Origin: Octopus sinensis
Lineage: Eukaryota
Length of the DNA stretch: 64,000 nt
Assembly (NCBI RefSeq): GCF_006345805.1
Contig: NC_043004.1
Location: forward strand, 51,088,001 to 51,152,000
Direction of reading: 5' to 3'
Part shown: positions 31,194 through 43,085 of the stretch, piece after piece
How positions within the stretch are numbered: the first letter of the stretch is position 1
Layout: the number at the start of each line of letters is the position of its first letter
Program-made: the position numbers and the translations under genes
Notes under the pieces: model-generated
Seen by the model: only the letters and a program-made list of their open reading frames with translations
What the model was told of the DNA's origin: nothing
Databases searched by the model: none

Positions 31194-31339
31194 TACACAT
31201 GATAGGCTTCTTTCAGTTTCTGTCTACCAAAGCCACTCAAAGGGTTCCAGTTAGCCTGAGGCGATAATAGGAGACACTTGCCCAAGGTATCATGTAATGG
31301 GACTGAACCCAGAACAATGTAGTTGAGAAGTAAGTTTCT

Positions 31340-31920
31340 TATTTCTTTATTGCCCGCAAGGGGCTAAACAAGGACAGACAAAGGGATTAAGTCAATTACA
31401 TTAACCCCGGTGCGTAACTGGTACTTAATTTACCAAACTCGAAATAATGAAAGGCAAAGTCAACCTCAGCGGAATTTGAACTCAGAACGTAATGGCAGAC
31501 GAAATACCTATTTCTTTACTACTCACAAGGGGCTAAACACAGAGAGGACAAACAAGGACAGACAAATGGATTAAATTGATTATATCGACCCCAGTGCGTA
31601 ACTGGTACTTATTTAATCGACCCTGAAAGGATGAAAGGCAAAGTCGACCTCAGCGGAATTTGAACTCAGAACGTAACGGCAGACGAAATACCTATTTCTT
31701 TACTACCCACAAGGGGCTAAACACAGAGAGGACAAACAAGGACAGACAAATGGATTAAGTCGATTATATCGACCCCAGTGCGTAACTGGTACTTATTTAA
31801 TCGACCCTGAAAGGATGAAAGGCAAAGTTGAACTCAGAACGTAACGGCAGACGAAATACCTATTTCTTTACTACCCACAAGGGGCTAAACACAGAGAGGA
31901 CAAACAAGGACAGACAAATG
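31340..31920 (-). repeat. Head-to-tail array of about 3.3 identically truncated SINE-B units
   Basis: Units start at 31340, 31509, 31693, 31861; identical junction gaaatacc|tatttcttta. Confidence 0.9.
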
Positions 31921-33809
31921 CCCTTGAATGTTGGAAGTTTCTAAATTCCTATGACATCAACAACATACAATTCTTGCTGGTAAGATTAAAGTTTTTTTTT
32001 TTTAAAGTTGATTAAAGTTGATTACTTATCCAAAAGGATAAAAGGCAAAGTTGACCTCAGTGGAATTTGAACTCAGAATGTAAAGACAGAGCCCTGCATG
32101 CTAACAATTCTGCAATTTTGCTGCCCAAATAATATTAAATATAAAACAAAGCAAAACAATGACATACGTATTCAATCTTAATATATTTCACCAGATTTGA
32201 ATATGAATATGCTAATCACTATTGTATTTTGTCTATGAAGAACACGTCCTTGATTCTCATTTGTATAACTCCTCCCACAAACACTCTCCTCTTTCTTATC
32301 CTGTCTCTATGATTCTTTCTGTTTCACTGCGCGAAATTTCTGATCTTTCTTTGTACTGTGACGATCTGATTATCTCCCTTGTAATAGCAGTAGTAAGCAG
32401 GTGTTTGGGACAAAAGCGAACGTGAAATTTTGATAGAAAAATTGTCATCTAGATAATTTTTAAACAGGAAGTTTGTATCACAGAACCTGGGTGCATTCTC
32501 AGGCAGGTTGGTATCAAAAGGGTTAAAGACAGACGGTATAATAAGCAAAAAAGTTTTTAAATGTGAAGAATTATAACAAGGAAAGGAAGTCTTAAAAAAA
32601 AATTAACCATTTTACTCTTTTTTTTTATTCTTTTACTTGTTTCAGTCATTTGACTGAGGCCAAGCTGGAGCACCGCCTTTAGTCGAGCAAATCGACCCCC
32701 AGGACTTATTCTTTGTAAGCCTAGTACTTATTCTATCGGTCTCTTTTTGCCGAACCGCTAAGTTACGGGGACATAAGCACACCAGCAGCGGTTGTCAAGT
32801 GATGTTGGGGGGACAAACACAGATACACAAACATATACATACATATATACGACAGGCTTCTTTCAGTTTCCGTCTACCAAATCCACTCACAAGGCTTTGG
32901 TCAGCCCAAGGCTATAGTAGAAGACACATGCCCAAGGTGCCACGCAGTGGGACTGAACCCAGAACCATGTGGTTGGTAAGCAAGCTAGTTACCATATTTC
33001 TGTTGAAATAAACCTAATTTGTTTCAATTAACTTTGAAAATAATGGAGAATTTAGTAAACAGTGACCAAAAATTTGAGAACTTTGTATTAACTAAACAGA
33101 AAAAATAAGTTGACATGTGAATTTAACGCATATTTTTCCTTATAATTCCTTAATTTCAATTTCAAATTTCTATTCTTACTCAAAAGATTAATCAGTCGGG
33201 GTCACCATTTTATAATGGAAGGCAACGTTTACAATATTGGGAGAATATCGCCTTCTCCCATTATATTTTGTTTGTCGTATACTTCAGACTCCAGCAGGCG
33301 AAGAAAGAAGTCTTTAAGTACAAATGCAATTTACAACCGGTTTATTTACAAGATTCACAGAATAGGTGAAGTGCATTGCTCTCAGCAACCATCTCGAGCT
33401 GTGTGCATTGTGTTGTATCTCCACTAGTGTGGGCACATTGCCTCTGCAGGTACAACATGCAGACAGGCCCAGCCAGTGAAGTGTGCTCAGCAAGCACTGC
33501 TGCATCAAAGCAGAGAGAGAGAGAATGAGTCTGTTTCTGTTTTGCCTTATATACAGTTTGCTATCATGAGCCTTGTTGTGATGTTGCACATGGGAAACGG
33601 ATGCTGGTGAGGTCTCGCTCCAGTCTCGGAGATGGCAGTGGCTGCCGCAAGATCTCATCCAATATGGCGCTGACTGCTTGTGCCACTACAGCTTCAATTG
33701 ATTTTGAAAATTATGAAGTGTCTAATAACTTCATCATGAATTAAGCTAGTGTTTTGGGCTTGAAATTTTGACTGGAGATTTTAATTTAAAAATTCTTTTT
33801 AAACAAGAA

Positions 33810-33988
33810 GGCGCAGGAGTGGCTGTGTGGTAAGTAGCTTGCTAACCAACCACATGGTTGCAGGTTCAGTCCCACTGCATGGCATCTTGGGCAAGTGTCT
33901 TCTGCTATAGCCCCAGGCTGACCAATGCCTTGTGAGTGGATTTGGTAGACAGAAACTGAAAGAAGCCTGTCGTATATATGTATGTATA

Positions 33989-34036
<48 letters not shown>

Positions 34037-34240
34037 TGTCTGTGTTTGTCTAGCATTGCTTGACAACCGATGCTGGTGTGTTTACGTCCCCATCACTTAG
34101 CGGTTCAGCAAAAGAGACTGATAGAATAAGTACTGACTGGGCTTACAAAGAATAAGTCCCAGGGTCGATTTGCTCGACTAAAGGCGGTGCTCCAGCATGG
34201 CCGCAATCAAATGACTGAAACAAGTAAAAGAGTAAAAGAG
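33810..34240 (+). mobile_element. Full-length tRNA-derived SINE family A (about 430 bp, gtaaaaga-repeat tail)
   Basis: A-box-like tggctgtgtgg, B-box-like ggttcagtccc; other copies on the minus strand at about 25325-25720, 32620-32991, 48973-49376, 56581-56990, 57425-57811, and partial at 10843-10995, 30720-31330, 42490-42840. Confidence 0.85.
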
Positions 34241-34619
34241 AAGAAATTTGTAACAGAGAACCAAGGGTGGTCTCAGGCTGGATGGCATCAAAACGGTTAA
34301 AGCCAAATGGTTTAGGCTAGCACTCCATCTGATCTGATCAATGGAACAGCCCACTCATGAAATTAACGTGTAAGTGGCCAAGATATGCATCTCTTAATGT
34401 AGTTCTGAGGGAAAGTCAGCATGACACAGGATGTGACAAAATTGGCCCTTTCGAATTACACGTACGGCTCATTCTTGCTGTGTGAGTGAACTAGAGCAAC
34501 ATGAAATAAATTGTCTTGCTCAAAGACATAATGCGCAGCCAAATATTGAACTCACAACCTTATGATCAGGAGAAAAATTACTTGACCACTAAGCCATGCA
34601 ACTTCACAATATAGTTTAA

Positions 34620-34840
34620 CCCTTTCGTTACCAATCCAGCTGAAACCAGCTCTGGCTCTGAGTACAAATGTCTTGTTTTCCTAAGTTTTTAATTAAAATC
34701 TTCCACCAAACCTGAGTCACAATTTATATGCCTAACACTAGCTGAATGATAACTAAGTTATTTTAGTAAACTCTTTGTTATATTTAAAATCAATTGAAAG
34801 AAACACAGAGCATCTCAACAGAAATATGGTAACAAAAGGG
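34620..34840. mobile_element. piggyBac-type MITE copy 1
   Basis: TTAA|ccctttcgttacc...ggtaacaaaaggg|tttaa. Confidence 0.8.
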
Positions 34841-34873
34841 TTTAAATATATATAACAGAGAAACAATTCTTAA

Positions 34874-35091
34874 CCCTTTTGATACCAATCCGGCTAAAAC
34901 CGGCTCTGGCTCTGAGTACAAATGCCTTGTTTTCCTCAGTTTTTAATTAAAATCTACCAAACCTTAGTCACAATTTATGTTCCTAACATTAGTTGAATGA
35001 TAACTAAGTTATTTTAAGTAAATTCTTTGTTATATTAAAATTAATTGAAAGAAACACAGAGCATCTCAAAATAAATACAGTAACGAAAGGG
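34874..35091. mobile_element. piggyBac-type MITE copy 2 (tandem)
   Basis: TTAA|cccttttgatacc...gtaacgaaaggg|TTAA; interior homologous to copy 1. Confidence 0.85.
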
Positions 35092-35132
35092 TTAACTATA
35101 AACAAATAACAAAACATTTGAAGAAGTCTTAC

Positions 35133-35264
35133 TCGAAAAATTAAAGCCAAATGGTTTGATATGTCATTAGCATTCCATGGTGGTTTTGTTGTGGCCATTT
35201 CAATCATTACACAGCCAACACTCCACACATCACAACCTCGTCCATAGCTCTCCCCTCGGAGTAC
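35133..35264 (-). CDS. MAP3K1: MAP3K1 exon 11 in window (132 bp; [44 protein letters not shown])
   Basis: attccatcag acceptor, gtaaga donor; matches MEKK1 [18 protein letters not shown]...SNHLALIFK. Confidence 0.98.
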
Positions 35265-35453
35265 CTGATGGAATGATAGAGAAATAAACAGATTGAATTA
35301 CAGAGTAAATCTTAATTAATATGATTAAACACTTTTTTAATTATTCAACAGTCTCACAGCATAAAGATTTAATTCGAAGGTTTTTATATTAGTTTTCAAG
35401 ATGTACATGTATAGATTGCTTGTTCTTTAGAGTGTGTGTGCATGCATGTATGA

Positions 35454-35495
<42 letters not shown>

Positions 35496-35610
35496 GTGGG
35501 TGACTGAGTGACTGTGTGTGTGTGTGTGGTTCTGTAGCATGGGGGAGATGGAATAGTGAAACAAGCAGTAATGAAGTAATGATAGAATGATAGAATGTCA
35601 GTAATTTTAC

Positions 35611-35753
35611 CTCTGGCGCCATAAAGGCTATTGTCCCTAGTAATTGTCCCTGAAATTCACCAGCCTGAGTAGTCTGTGAGGCCAAACGAGCAGCAGCACC
35701 AAAATCACCAATTCGGACCCTCTGTCCAGTACTGTCCACTAAGAGGTTAGCAC
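35611..35753 (-). CDS. MAP3K1: MAP3K1 exon 10 in window (143 bp; [47 protein letters not shown])
   Basis: atctgcag acceptor, gtaaaa donor; DFG-to-APE activation segment diagnostic of MEKK1 ([18 protein letters not shown]). Confidence 0.98.
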
Positions 35754-37412
35754 CTGCAGATATTAATATAGAGAGATGTGAGTGTTGTGGTCAATGAGGG
35801 TGTGTACACCAGTTGTAGGCAAACTGCAGCCCACAATGCTGCATGGCTAATGAAAAATTACTTTGAATTTTATATTTCGTAGTGCAGCCAGCCTGAAGAT
35901 GTGCCATGTTTCATACAGCCTGCTTCTCTAAAAAGGTTTACCCATGCTTGGTGCACACAGTACAGAGTGAACAGTTCACAAAACAAACACAAACGCACAT
36001 GCACACACACACACACACATATTTTTTATTAATATTTAGCAGAGTCAACAGAATGAATCAAAGTCCAAAAGTTTCGTGCGTTGGCACTTATCAAACCGGT
36101 TACAGGTTGCAGGTCCGTGTGTTTATTGTAGCTATGTAAGACACAAATAAGATGATAATTTATTTTCGAATGCAGAGACACCGTTAGAATATCAAAAACA
36201 TTTGATAAATTACTCTTACAAAGCAGAAAAATCTGTCACCAAACACCCATGGAACTATTTGACAGATTTTTCCACTTTGTAAAGGTAATTTACCCAATTT
36301 TTCTGTTGTTCTAATGGCATTGCTGCGTTTGAAAATAAATTATCATCTCTCTCATTTGTATTTTACAGTAAACATTTCAACGCTCATAAAAAAACAAATG
36401 TTAGTTTGTTTACATTTATATACACTTAGTTATATATATATCTGTAAATGTAATATGTGACAATTATTCGGTAGCCATGATAAAACCTCGAATTCTGGAT
36501 GTTGGGGTGGAAATCCACGCTGCCATCTCTTCAGTTATCCGGCCATCGGAAAAAACGCTATGAAAATGACCGTTAAAGAAAGGGAAATTACTGTGTGATT
36601 GACCGTTATTAAGACAAAAGAGGTCTTTGAATGATTGCTAAGTGAGGGGAGGGAGTAAAAGTAAGAGGGAAAAAATGTACATAGTATTCGTGTAAGCACA
36701 TATGTCTTTACCTACACATGTGCTCCTGCACACCCACATACATGTGCCTATAATTATACACTCACCCACACCATTCGGCAAAAAATATATATAAATACAA
36801 TCCCCCCCACATACACATGTGCACCAAAAAGGTTCATACACAAGTCTATATACACACATGTATGTATACACACACACACACACAGGTTAGAATATAAGTA
36901 CATAAGGTGGGAAAAATATGTATAATATAATAAGTGTTAAGTACAATTCATAGGATTATGTGCAAAAGTCAGGAAAGTGAACAGTGAATGAGTCAAGATA
37001 TACATGTGTGCATGCGTATGGAGGGGTGGGATATCAGGTGTAGTGTTGGCACCGAAGATATAGTAATATGCTTTTATTAAAGCTGCAAAATTATCACAAG
37101 ACTCAGAGTTTCACATTCCCATTCATCACAACTGTCCAACAAATGGGAACGTGAAACTCTGAGTAACAGTCTTGTGATAATTTTACAGCTTTAAAACAGT
37201 GAAGCAGTAACATTTTGTAGAAGGTTGATTATTATGACCAGTCAGAGAGTGGCCGTTAGTTTTGCACCAGACTCAAATGACCTGACGAGTCGCCTATACT
37301 GCTAAGTGCTTTATAGGTGCAAAACCAATAGCCACTCTCTGACTGGTCATAACAATCAACCTTCTAAAATATAAATACATATATACATATATATATATAT
37401 AATATATATATA

Positions 37413-37443
<31 letters not shown>

Positions 37444-37559
37444 GTAGTAGTAACAGAAAAGAGGAATTTCGGTTGTCCCCACGTGATGGATTGTAATGTA
37501 TATAAGAAAAATAAAAATGGAAAATACGCACACTTACATGGTTATAATATAATTTTTAA

Positions 37560-37596
37560 TGTATCGACCGGTTTCGCAATCGCTATTCACGATACA
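37560..37596 (-). ncRNA. Minimal Penelope-type hammerhead variant (core GUGAAUA), partner copy in the inverted repeat
   Basis: Reverse complement reads tgtatc-gtgaata-gc(gatt)gc-gaaa-ccgg-tc-gataca. Confidence 0.4.
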
Positions 37597-38040
37597 ATGT
37601 TTAATTTATATGAAAATATATTTTTTCTTAAGAAGAAAATGGATCCATGTTGTTTATAATGAGATTCACGAGTGAATGATTTTACAAGTTGACAAGTAAA
37701 GGGAGGTAATTGGTTGTTATTATTGTCTGTAAGGGAGATAACTGTTTAGGTTTTGGGTGGGGGAAAAATGTGTACAGAAAGGAGACAGGTTTAAAAAAAA
37801 AGGGGGCCTTCTTTAGTAGGGGATTTATGTACAGTGATGTAAAAATATAAAAATTGGTTATGCGTGCTTATTCAGACGCGTTTTGTATTTTTCAATGAAA
37901 AAAGTTTCTTTATTTAAGCGTTCTAGTTGAGAGATTGTGTCTTTGCACTGGTAGAAAGGGAAGACTGTAAAATGTGGTTTGATGTTACCTGCACATTTTT
38001 CTATGTGTTCAAAAAATATATTTTCATATAAATTAAACAT

Positions 38041-38077
38041 TGTATCATGAATAGCAATTGCGAAACCGGTCGATACA
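38041..38077 (+). ncRNA. Minimal Penelope-type hammerhead variant (core AUGAAUA)
   Basis: ugUAUC-AUGAAUA-GC(AAUU)GC-GAAA-CCGG-UC|GAUACA; palindromic stem III typical of PLE hammerheads. Confidence 0.45.
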
Positions 38078-39019
38078 TTAACAATTATACTATAACCATG
38101 TAAATGTATTTTCCGTTTTTATTTTTCTTATATATATATATATATGCATATGACATACATCCAGAACCACGCTAATAGCCAAGGAGTGAAATTTAGAATT
38201 CTGCGGTTTTCTGTGAATCGCTTTTGATAAAACTTTTCCCAGCTAGTTTGCACAACTATGGCAACACCATTGTTATGTTTTCATTATTCTGTGTAATGTC
38301 CTTTCTTTTTTATTTCAGATTCTTCAGTTTTTGGGTGAACCACACTAATAGCTTTTGAATGAAAATAGCCCATCTAAACATTTTTTGTTTTTCAGAAAAT
38401 GAAGGGTAATGATACATATTAAGAATATACTGAGTATATATTTAACAGAAAACGTAATAAAATCATAACATTTATTTGAGGAATATTGGTTGCAAGTTAC
38501 GTGGGAAACCTGGACAAACAAGCAAAGCCCTTTTCACTACCTCTGGACTTCCTCATGTACCAAAATCCACCAGAAGTCGCATCCTTGGGACCATGGCCTT
38601 CGAATTATTGGTAGAACTCGTTTTTGCCAGCAGCGTGGACTGGAGCAATGTGAAATAAAGTGTCTTGCTGAAGGACGTAACACAGTTGCCGGGAATTGAA
38701 CTTATGACCCTGTGACTGTGAGCTGGATACCCTAACCACTAAGCCACACAACAGGCATATAACACACACATATATCACATACACACACATACACATACAT
38801 ATATTGTACTATGGCTATAGGACAGATTGAGTTAGGCTTTCACAACAATACAGAGTGTCATAGTGTTGTGTCATGGCTTTGATATGTACAGTGGTAGCAT
38901 TTGTTGTGGCTACAGTATACAGTGTAGTAGTGTTGTGTTGTGGCTACAGTGTTGAACAACTGAATGATATTCTTAGAACTGACCCATATGACCAGATTGG
39001 TTTGAGGTTTGCCACTCAC

Positions 39020-39151
39020 CTTTAAGATCACGATGTAGAACTTGGTTTTCGTGAAGATATGTCAAGCCACGAAGTACTTGGTGTGTGTAGCTAATGACCA
39101 CAGTCTCAGAAAAGCTGCCATACTTTGCCAATAGGTTGGAAACAGAGCCAC
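39020..39151 (-). CDS. MAP3K1: MAP3K1 exon 9 in window (132 bp; [13 protein letters not shown]...[12 protein letters not shown])
   Basis: tgtcaccag acceptor, gtgagt donor; HRD catalytic loop; phase 1 to 1. Confidence 0.98.
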
Positions 39152-40182
39152 CTGGTGACATAAGGGTACATAAAAAAAAGAGCATTACACACAGCAGCTA
39201 AATACATCATCATCATCATAATTTAGTGTCTGCTTTCCATGCTGGCATGGAATAGACTGTTTCACTGGAACTGGAAAGCCAGAGAACTGCCCCAGGTTCC
39301 AGTTTAATTTGGCATGGTTTCTATGGTTGGATGCCCTTCCTAATGCCAACCACTCCAAGAGTGTAGTGGGTGCATTTTGTGTGCCACCAGCATGGGTGCC
39401 AGTTACGTAACACTAGCATCAGCCACAACTTCTCAAGCACAGTATATCATCAAAGGTCTCAGTCACTTGTCACTGCCTTCATTAGGCCCAATGTTTGAAG
39501 GGTGCTTTTTACATGCCAGTTATGTGACACTGGCATCGGCCATGACTATGATTTCACTTGGTTTCACGGGTCTTCTCAAGCACGGCGTATCACCAAATAT
39601 CTTGGTCACTTGCCATTGCCTCTGTGAGGCCCAAAGAAAATGAAGTAGATTTTCAATGTGGGATAGTTGTGAAAACAGCCTAGAAAATCAGGTAAATACC
39701 CCTAGAAAAGGTATAGGGTACGATTTTCTGTGACCACCTGCTAGCAGCTCTTTCCCATCTTAGAGTATTTACCCAATTTTCAAAATTCGAAATTTAATTT
39801 ATTTTCAGTAACCCACACAACGTGGGGTGCTTGGTGTTAGGAAGGGCATATAGATGTAAAAACCATGCCAAAACAGACACTGAAGCCTGGTGCAGTCTTC
39901 TGCCTAGCCAGCTCAAGTCAAACCGTCCAACCCATGCCAGCATGGAAAGCAGGTGTTAAAGGATGATGATGATGATGATATATATATATATATATATGAA
40001 ATAACAGAAGTTGAACATGCACAGCGAATGTATATGAAAATTTATTTATATTAATATCAATGCACCTAACCAGTTTCACATTTGTGTTATTTTCAAAAGT
40101 GTACTATTTGAGAGACATGGAGCTGTGTCACAAATTATCATTTCTAGGCATTGTCCTAAAGTTTGTTCATTTTTATAAAGAG

Positions 40183-40547
40183 ACTAGCAGTATCGCCCGG
40201 CGTTGCTCGGGTTGTAAGGGAAATAACTATATAAGCATTTTTAGAGAGTTATAGCCAAAAAATAGCAAAAAAAATTATGGTAAATTTTTTTTTATATCGT
40301 TGACTCATCGTAGACATTTTTAGAGAGTTACTTCCCTTATATAATAGCGAAAAAATGCATCAAAATGGAAAAAATTATGGTAAATTTTTTTTTAAATCGT
40401 AGACTCACGCTAATACCCAGAAGGGCTCGATATGAATCACGACTATAAGATACCCGGTTTTGGTTAAACTGAACGCAAAATGTGGGAGTAGTTAGGAATC
40501 TAAATCGTAGGAGACAGACACACAACTTCACTTTTATATATAAAGAT
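40183..40547 (+). mobile_element. Non-autonomous Helitron/Helentron-like element (5' fragment also at 8579-8607)
   Basis: 5' actagcag..cccggcgttgctcggg hairpin, internal direct repeats, 3' gacagacacac...ttatatataaagat. Confidence 0.55.
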
Positions 40548-40970
40548 GTGGCTCCCATCACAATCAGTTAACATACAGATTGACTGGTTGGAGATGATCA
40601 CACAGTAAAGTAAGGGTACTTTTGGATCAGTTCTCTGCAATGTCCATTGATTATGGCCAAATGATAGCTGTGTGTGAGGGTAACATCAAAGGTTTAGTGC
40701 AGGAGCTCTGTCACGTGACAGTCACACCAATAGCTATGTCTCCTCTAGTCCTTGAAATAAAACACAGCTGAAAGGCTACACATTTTCACAGAGAATTACA
40801 ATTGATACCATTTATATGATAGTGGTATATATTTATATATATATATATTGCTCAGGTACCTATCACTGACAAAGCCAAATGAGATCGAAATCTTGTGATC
40901 TGGTAGTCCTCTCAGTAGAAGTAGCAGTGATTGCCTGCCACTGGTGAAGCTATATATATATATATATATA

Positions 40971-41147
40971 TACTAAGTAATTAGGGTTCAGCAACGATTT
41001 GCCTCACCACACACCAAATTTAGAAATAGCAGTCAAAAAATCTTGGCTATTCTTTAAAGTAGAAAGAATAGCCAAGACTTTTTGACTGCTATTTCTAAAT
41101 TCGGTGTGTGGTGAGGCAAATCGTTGCTGAACCCTAATTACTTAGTA
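40971..41147. repeat. Near-perfect foldback, 85-bp arms, 7-nt loop
   Basis: 83/85 identity between arms. Confidence 0.95.
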
Positions 41148-41240
41148 TTACTTAAACTTACCTTGAATTGGTCTTTTACATGCCGAATTCTACTTGGTGA
41201 AATTACTGATTACTTCTTAATTAATTAATTTCACCCTTTG

Positions 41241-41282
<42 letters not shown>

Positions 41283-41758
41283 TGTATTAAACCTTAGGCA
41301 AGGCTCACCATTCAACTTTATATAAATACCTTAGTATATTTAATTACAGCTTTAAAATTATGAATTCTTATTATCATAAGATTATCCCTGATCTCCAAAC
41401 CATGCGGTTGTGAAATACTTAACAACACAACCTGCCTGCACCTTGCCATCTATTCAGTCAGGACTAAGCTAGACTAAGCCACAACATCACCATCACTGTT
41501 GCTGCCAACCACCACCACCACCACCACCACCACCACCACCACTACTACTACTACGACAGCTGCTGCTACAGCTACTACTATTACACCACTACCACCTACT
41601 ACTGCTACTTGTACACCTACAACTACTACCATCGACTACTACTACTATTAATACTACCACCACCACCATTACCTACTACTACGACTACTACTACTATGAC
41701 TACGACTACTACGACTACTACTACTACAGATACTACTACTACTACTACTACTACTAAC

Positions 41759-41921
41759 CTGGCATCCATTCAACAAACATATTGAAGTGGCAGCCTTGCC
41801 GTGTGGCACCCATGATCCGTACAACATTGGGATGATTCAGTGCAGCTATCATGTGAATCTCCTCCGTGACATCTTGGATCACCTTCTCCTGCTCTTCTTC
41901 CGTGTTCCGACAGAAGGAAAT
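41759..41921 (-). CDS. MAP3K1: MAP3K1 exon 8 in window (163 bp; ISFCRNTEEEQEKVIQDVTEEIHMIAALNHPNVVRIMGATRQGCHFNMFVEWMP)
   Basis: atcatttcag acceptor, gttagt donor; alphaC helix and hinge; phase 0 to 1. Confidence 0.97.
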
Positions 41922-43033
41922 CTGAAATGATAAAGAAGGAGAAATAATCATCATTAAACCAATTGGTTAAGTAAATATCTAAACAAAGCATGTTAACGAA
42001 TCTCTTATCATTCAGATGCCAGTGCCCCATAAAAAGCACTATCCAAAACGTGATCAAGGCCAGGCCCACCTGACTGGCCCCTGTCCCAGTGGCAGTTAAA
42101 AAGCACCCACTACACTCTCGGAGTGGTTGGCATTAGGAAGAGCATCCAGCTGTAGAAACCTTGCCAGATCAGATTGGAGCCTGGTGTGGCCTCCTGGCTT
42201 TCTAGACCTCAGTCAAACCATCCAACCCATGCCACTATGGAAAACGGATGTTAAACGATGATGAAGCTGGCTTCGCAACTACATGGTTCCAAGTTCAGTT
42301 CCATTACACTGCACTTCCAGCAAGTGTTGTCTGCTACAGCCTTGGGCTGACAAAAGCCCCATGAGGGGATTTGAGAGACACACTAAAAAGAACACGTTAT
42401 TCATTCACTCATTCATGCATGCATACTTACATACATGAGTATACACACGTTCTCTTTTTTTCTTCTTTTTTTCTGTCATTTTTTTTTTACCTGTCACTAG
42501 ACTATGACCATGCTGGAGCACCACCTTGAATTTTTAGTTGAATGAATCAACTCCAGGACCTATTTTTTAAAGCCTGGTAATTATTTCATCAGACTCTTTT
42601 CTTAAACCGCTAAATTATGAGGATGCAAACACACCACACTGGCTGTCAAGGGGGGACAAACACAGACATGAAGTCACACACACACACACACATATATGAG
42701 GGGCTTCTTCTCGCTTCCGTCTACTAAATCTACTCACAAGGTTTTGGTCAGCCAAAGGCTATAGTAGAAGACACTAACCCAAGGTGCCATGCAGTGGGAC
42801 TGAACCTGGAACCATGCAATTGGGAAGCAAGCCTATTACCATGTATATGTATATATATATATAATTAATAAAAACAGCTGTTTGCAACATTACACCATAA
42901 AGAAAAATTATAGTCATCATCTAAACTTAACTAACACCTACATTGCTTGAAATAGGAGTTAAAATGCTACAATGCTGTTACAAAGCACGTGACATACTCT
43001 GATAGGGGCGGCAATCACACCGAACGAAGAGTT

Positions 43034-43085
43034 CCTTAAACTGACCGGCCAGTTTCGGCTATTTCCATAGCCATCTTCAGTAAGG
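43034..43085 (-). ncRNA. Type I hammerhead ribozyme fold, intronic, sense to MAP3K1
   Basis: CCUUA-CUGAAGA-U-GGCUAU(GGAA)AUAGCC-GAAA-CUGG(CCGG)UCAG-UU|UAAGG: complete core and three paired stems. Confidence 0.8.

Larger units (their letters stand above)
37499..38134 (-). mobile_element. 5'-truncated Penelope-like element 3' end with inverted terminal repeats of about 125 bp
   Basis: Arms 37499-37626 and 38011-38134 are inverted; internal HIEKCAG...ERLNKETFFIEKYKTRLN resembles the C-terminus of PLE GIY-YIG endonucleases. Confidence 0.65.

Noticed and set aside
31340-31920. Regular repeat array as CRISPR
   Set aside because: Units are whole SINE fragments with no unique spacers; eukaryotic context, no cas genes
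33565-33700. Minus-strand open stretch IEAVVAQAVSAILDEILRQPLPSPRLERD as a possible last exon
   Set aside because: No kinase similarity or good acceptor; the true terminal exon is at 30272-30427
36460-36545. Minus-strand CTGAAGA...gaataattgtc motif
   Set aside because: GAAA and stem I are broken; cannot be folded as a hammerhead
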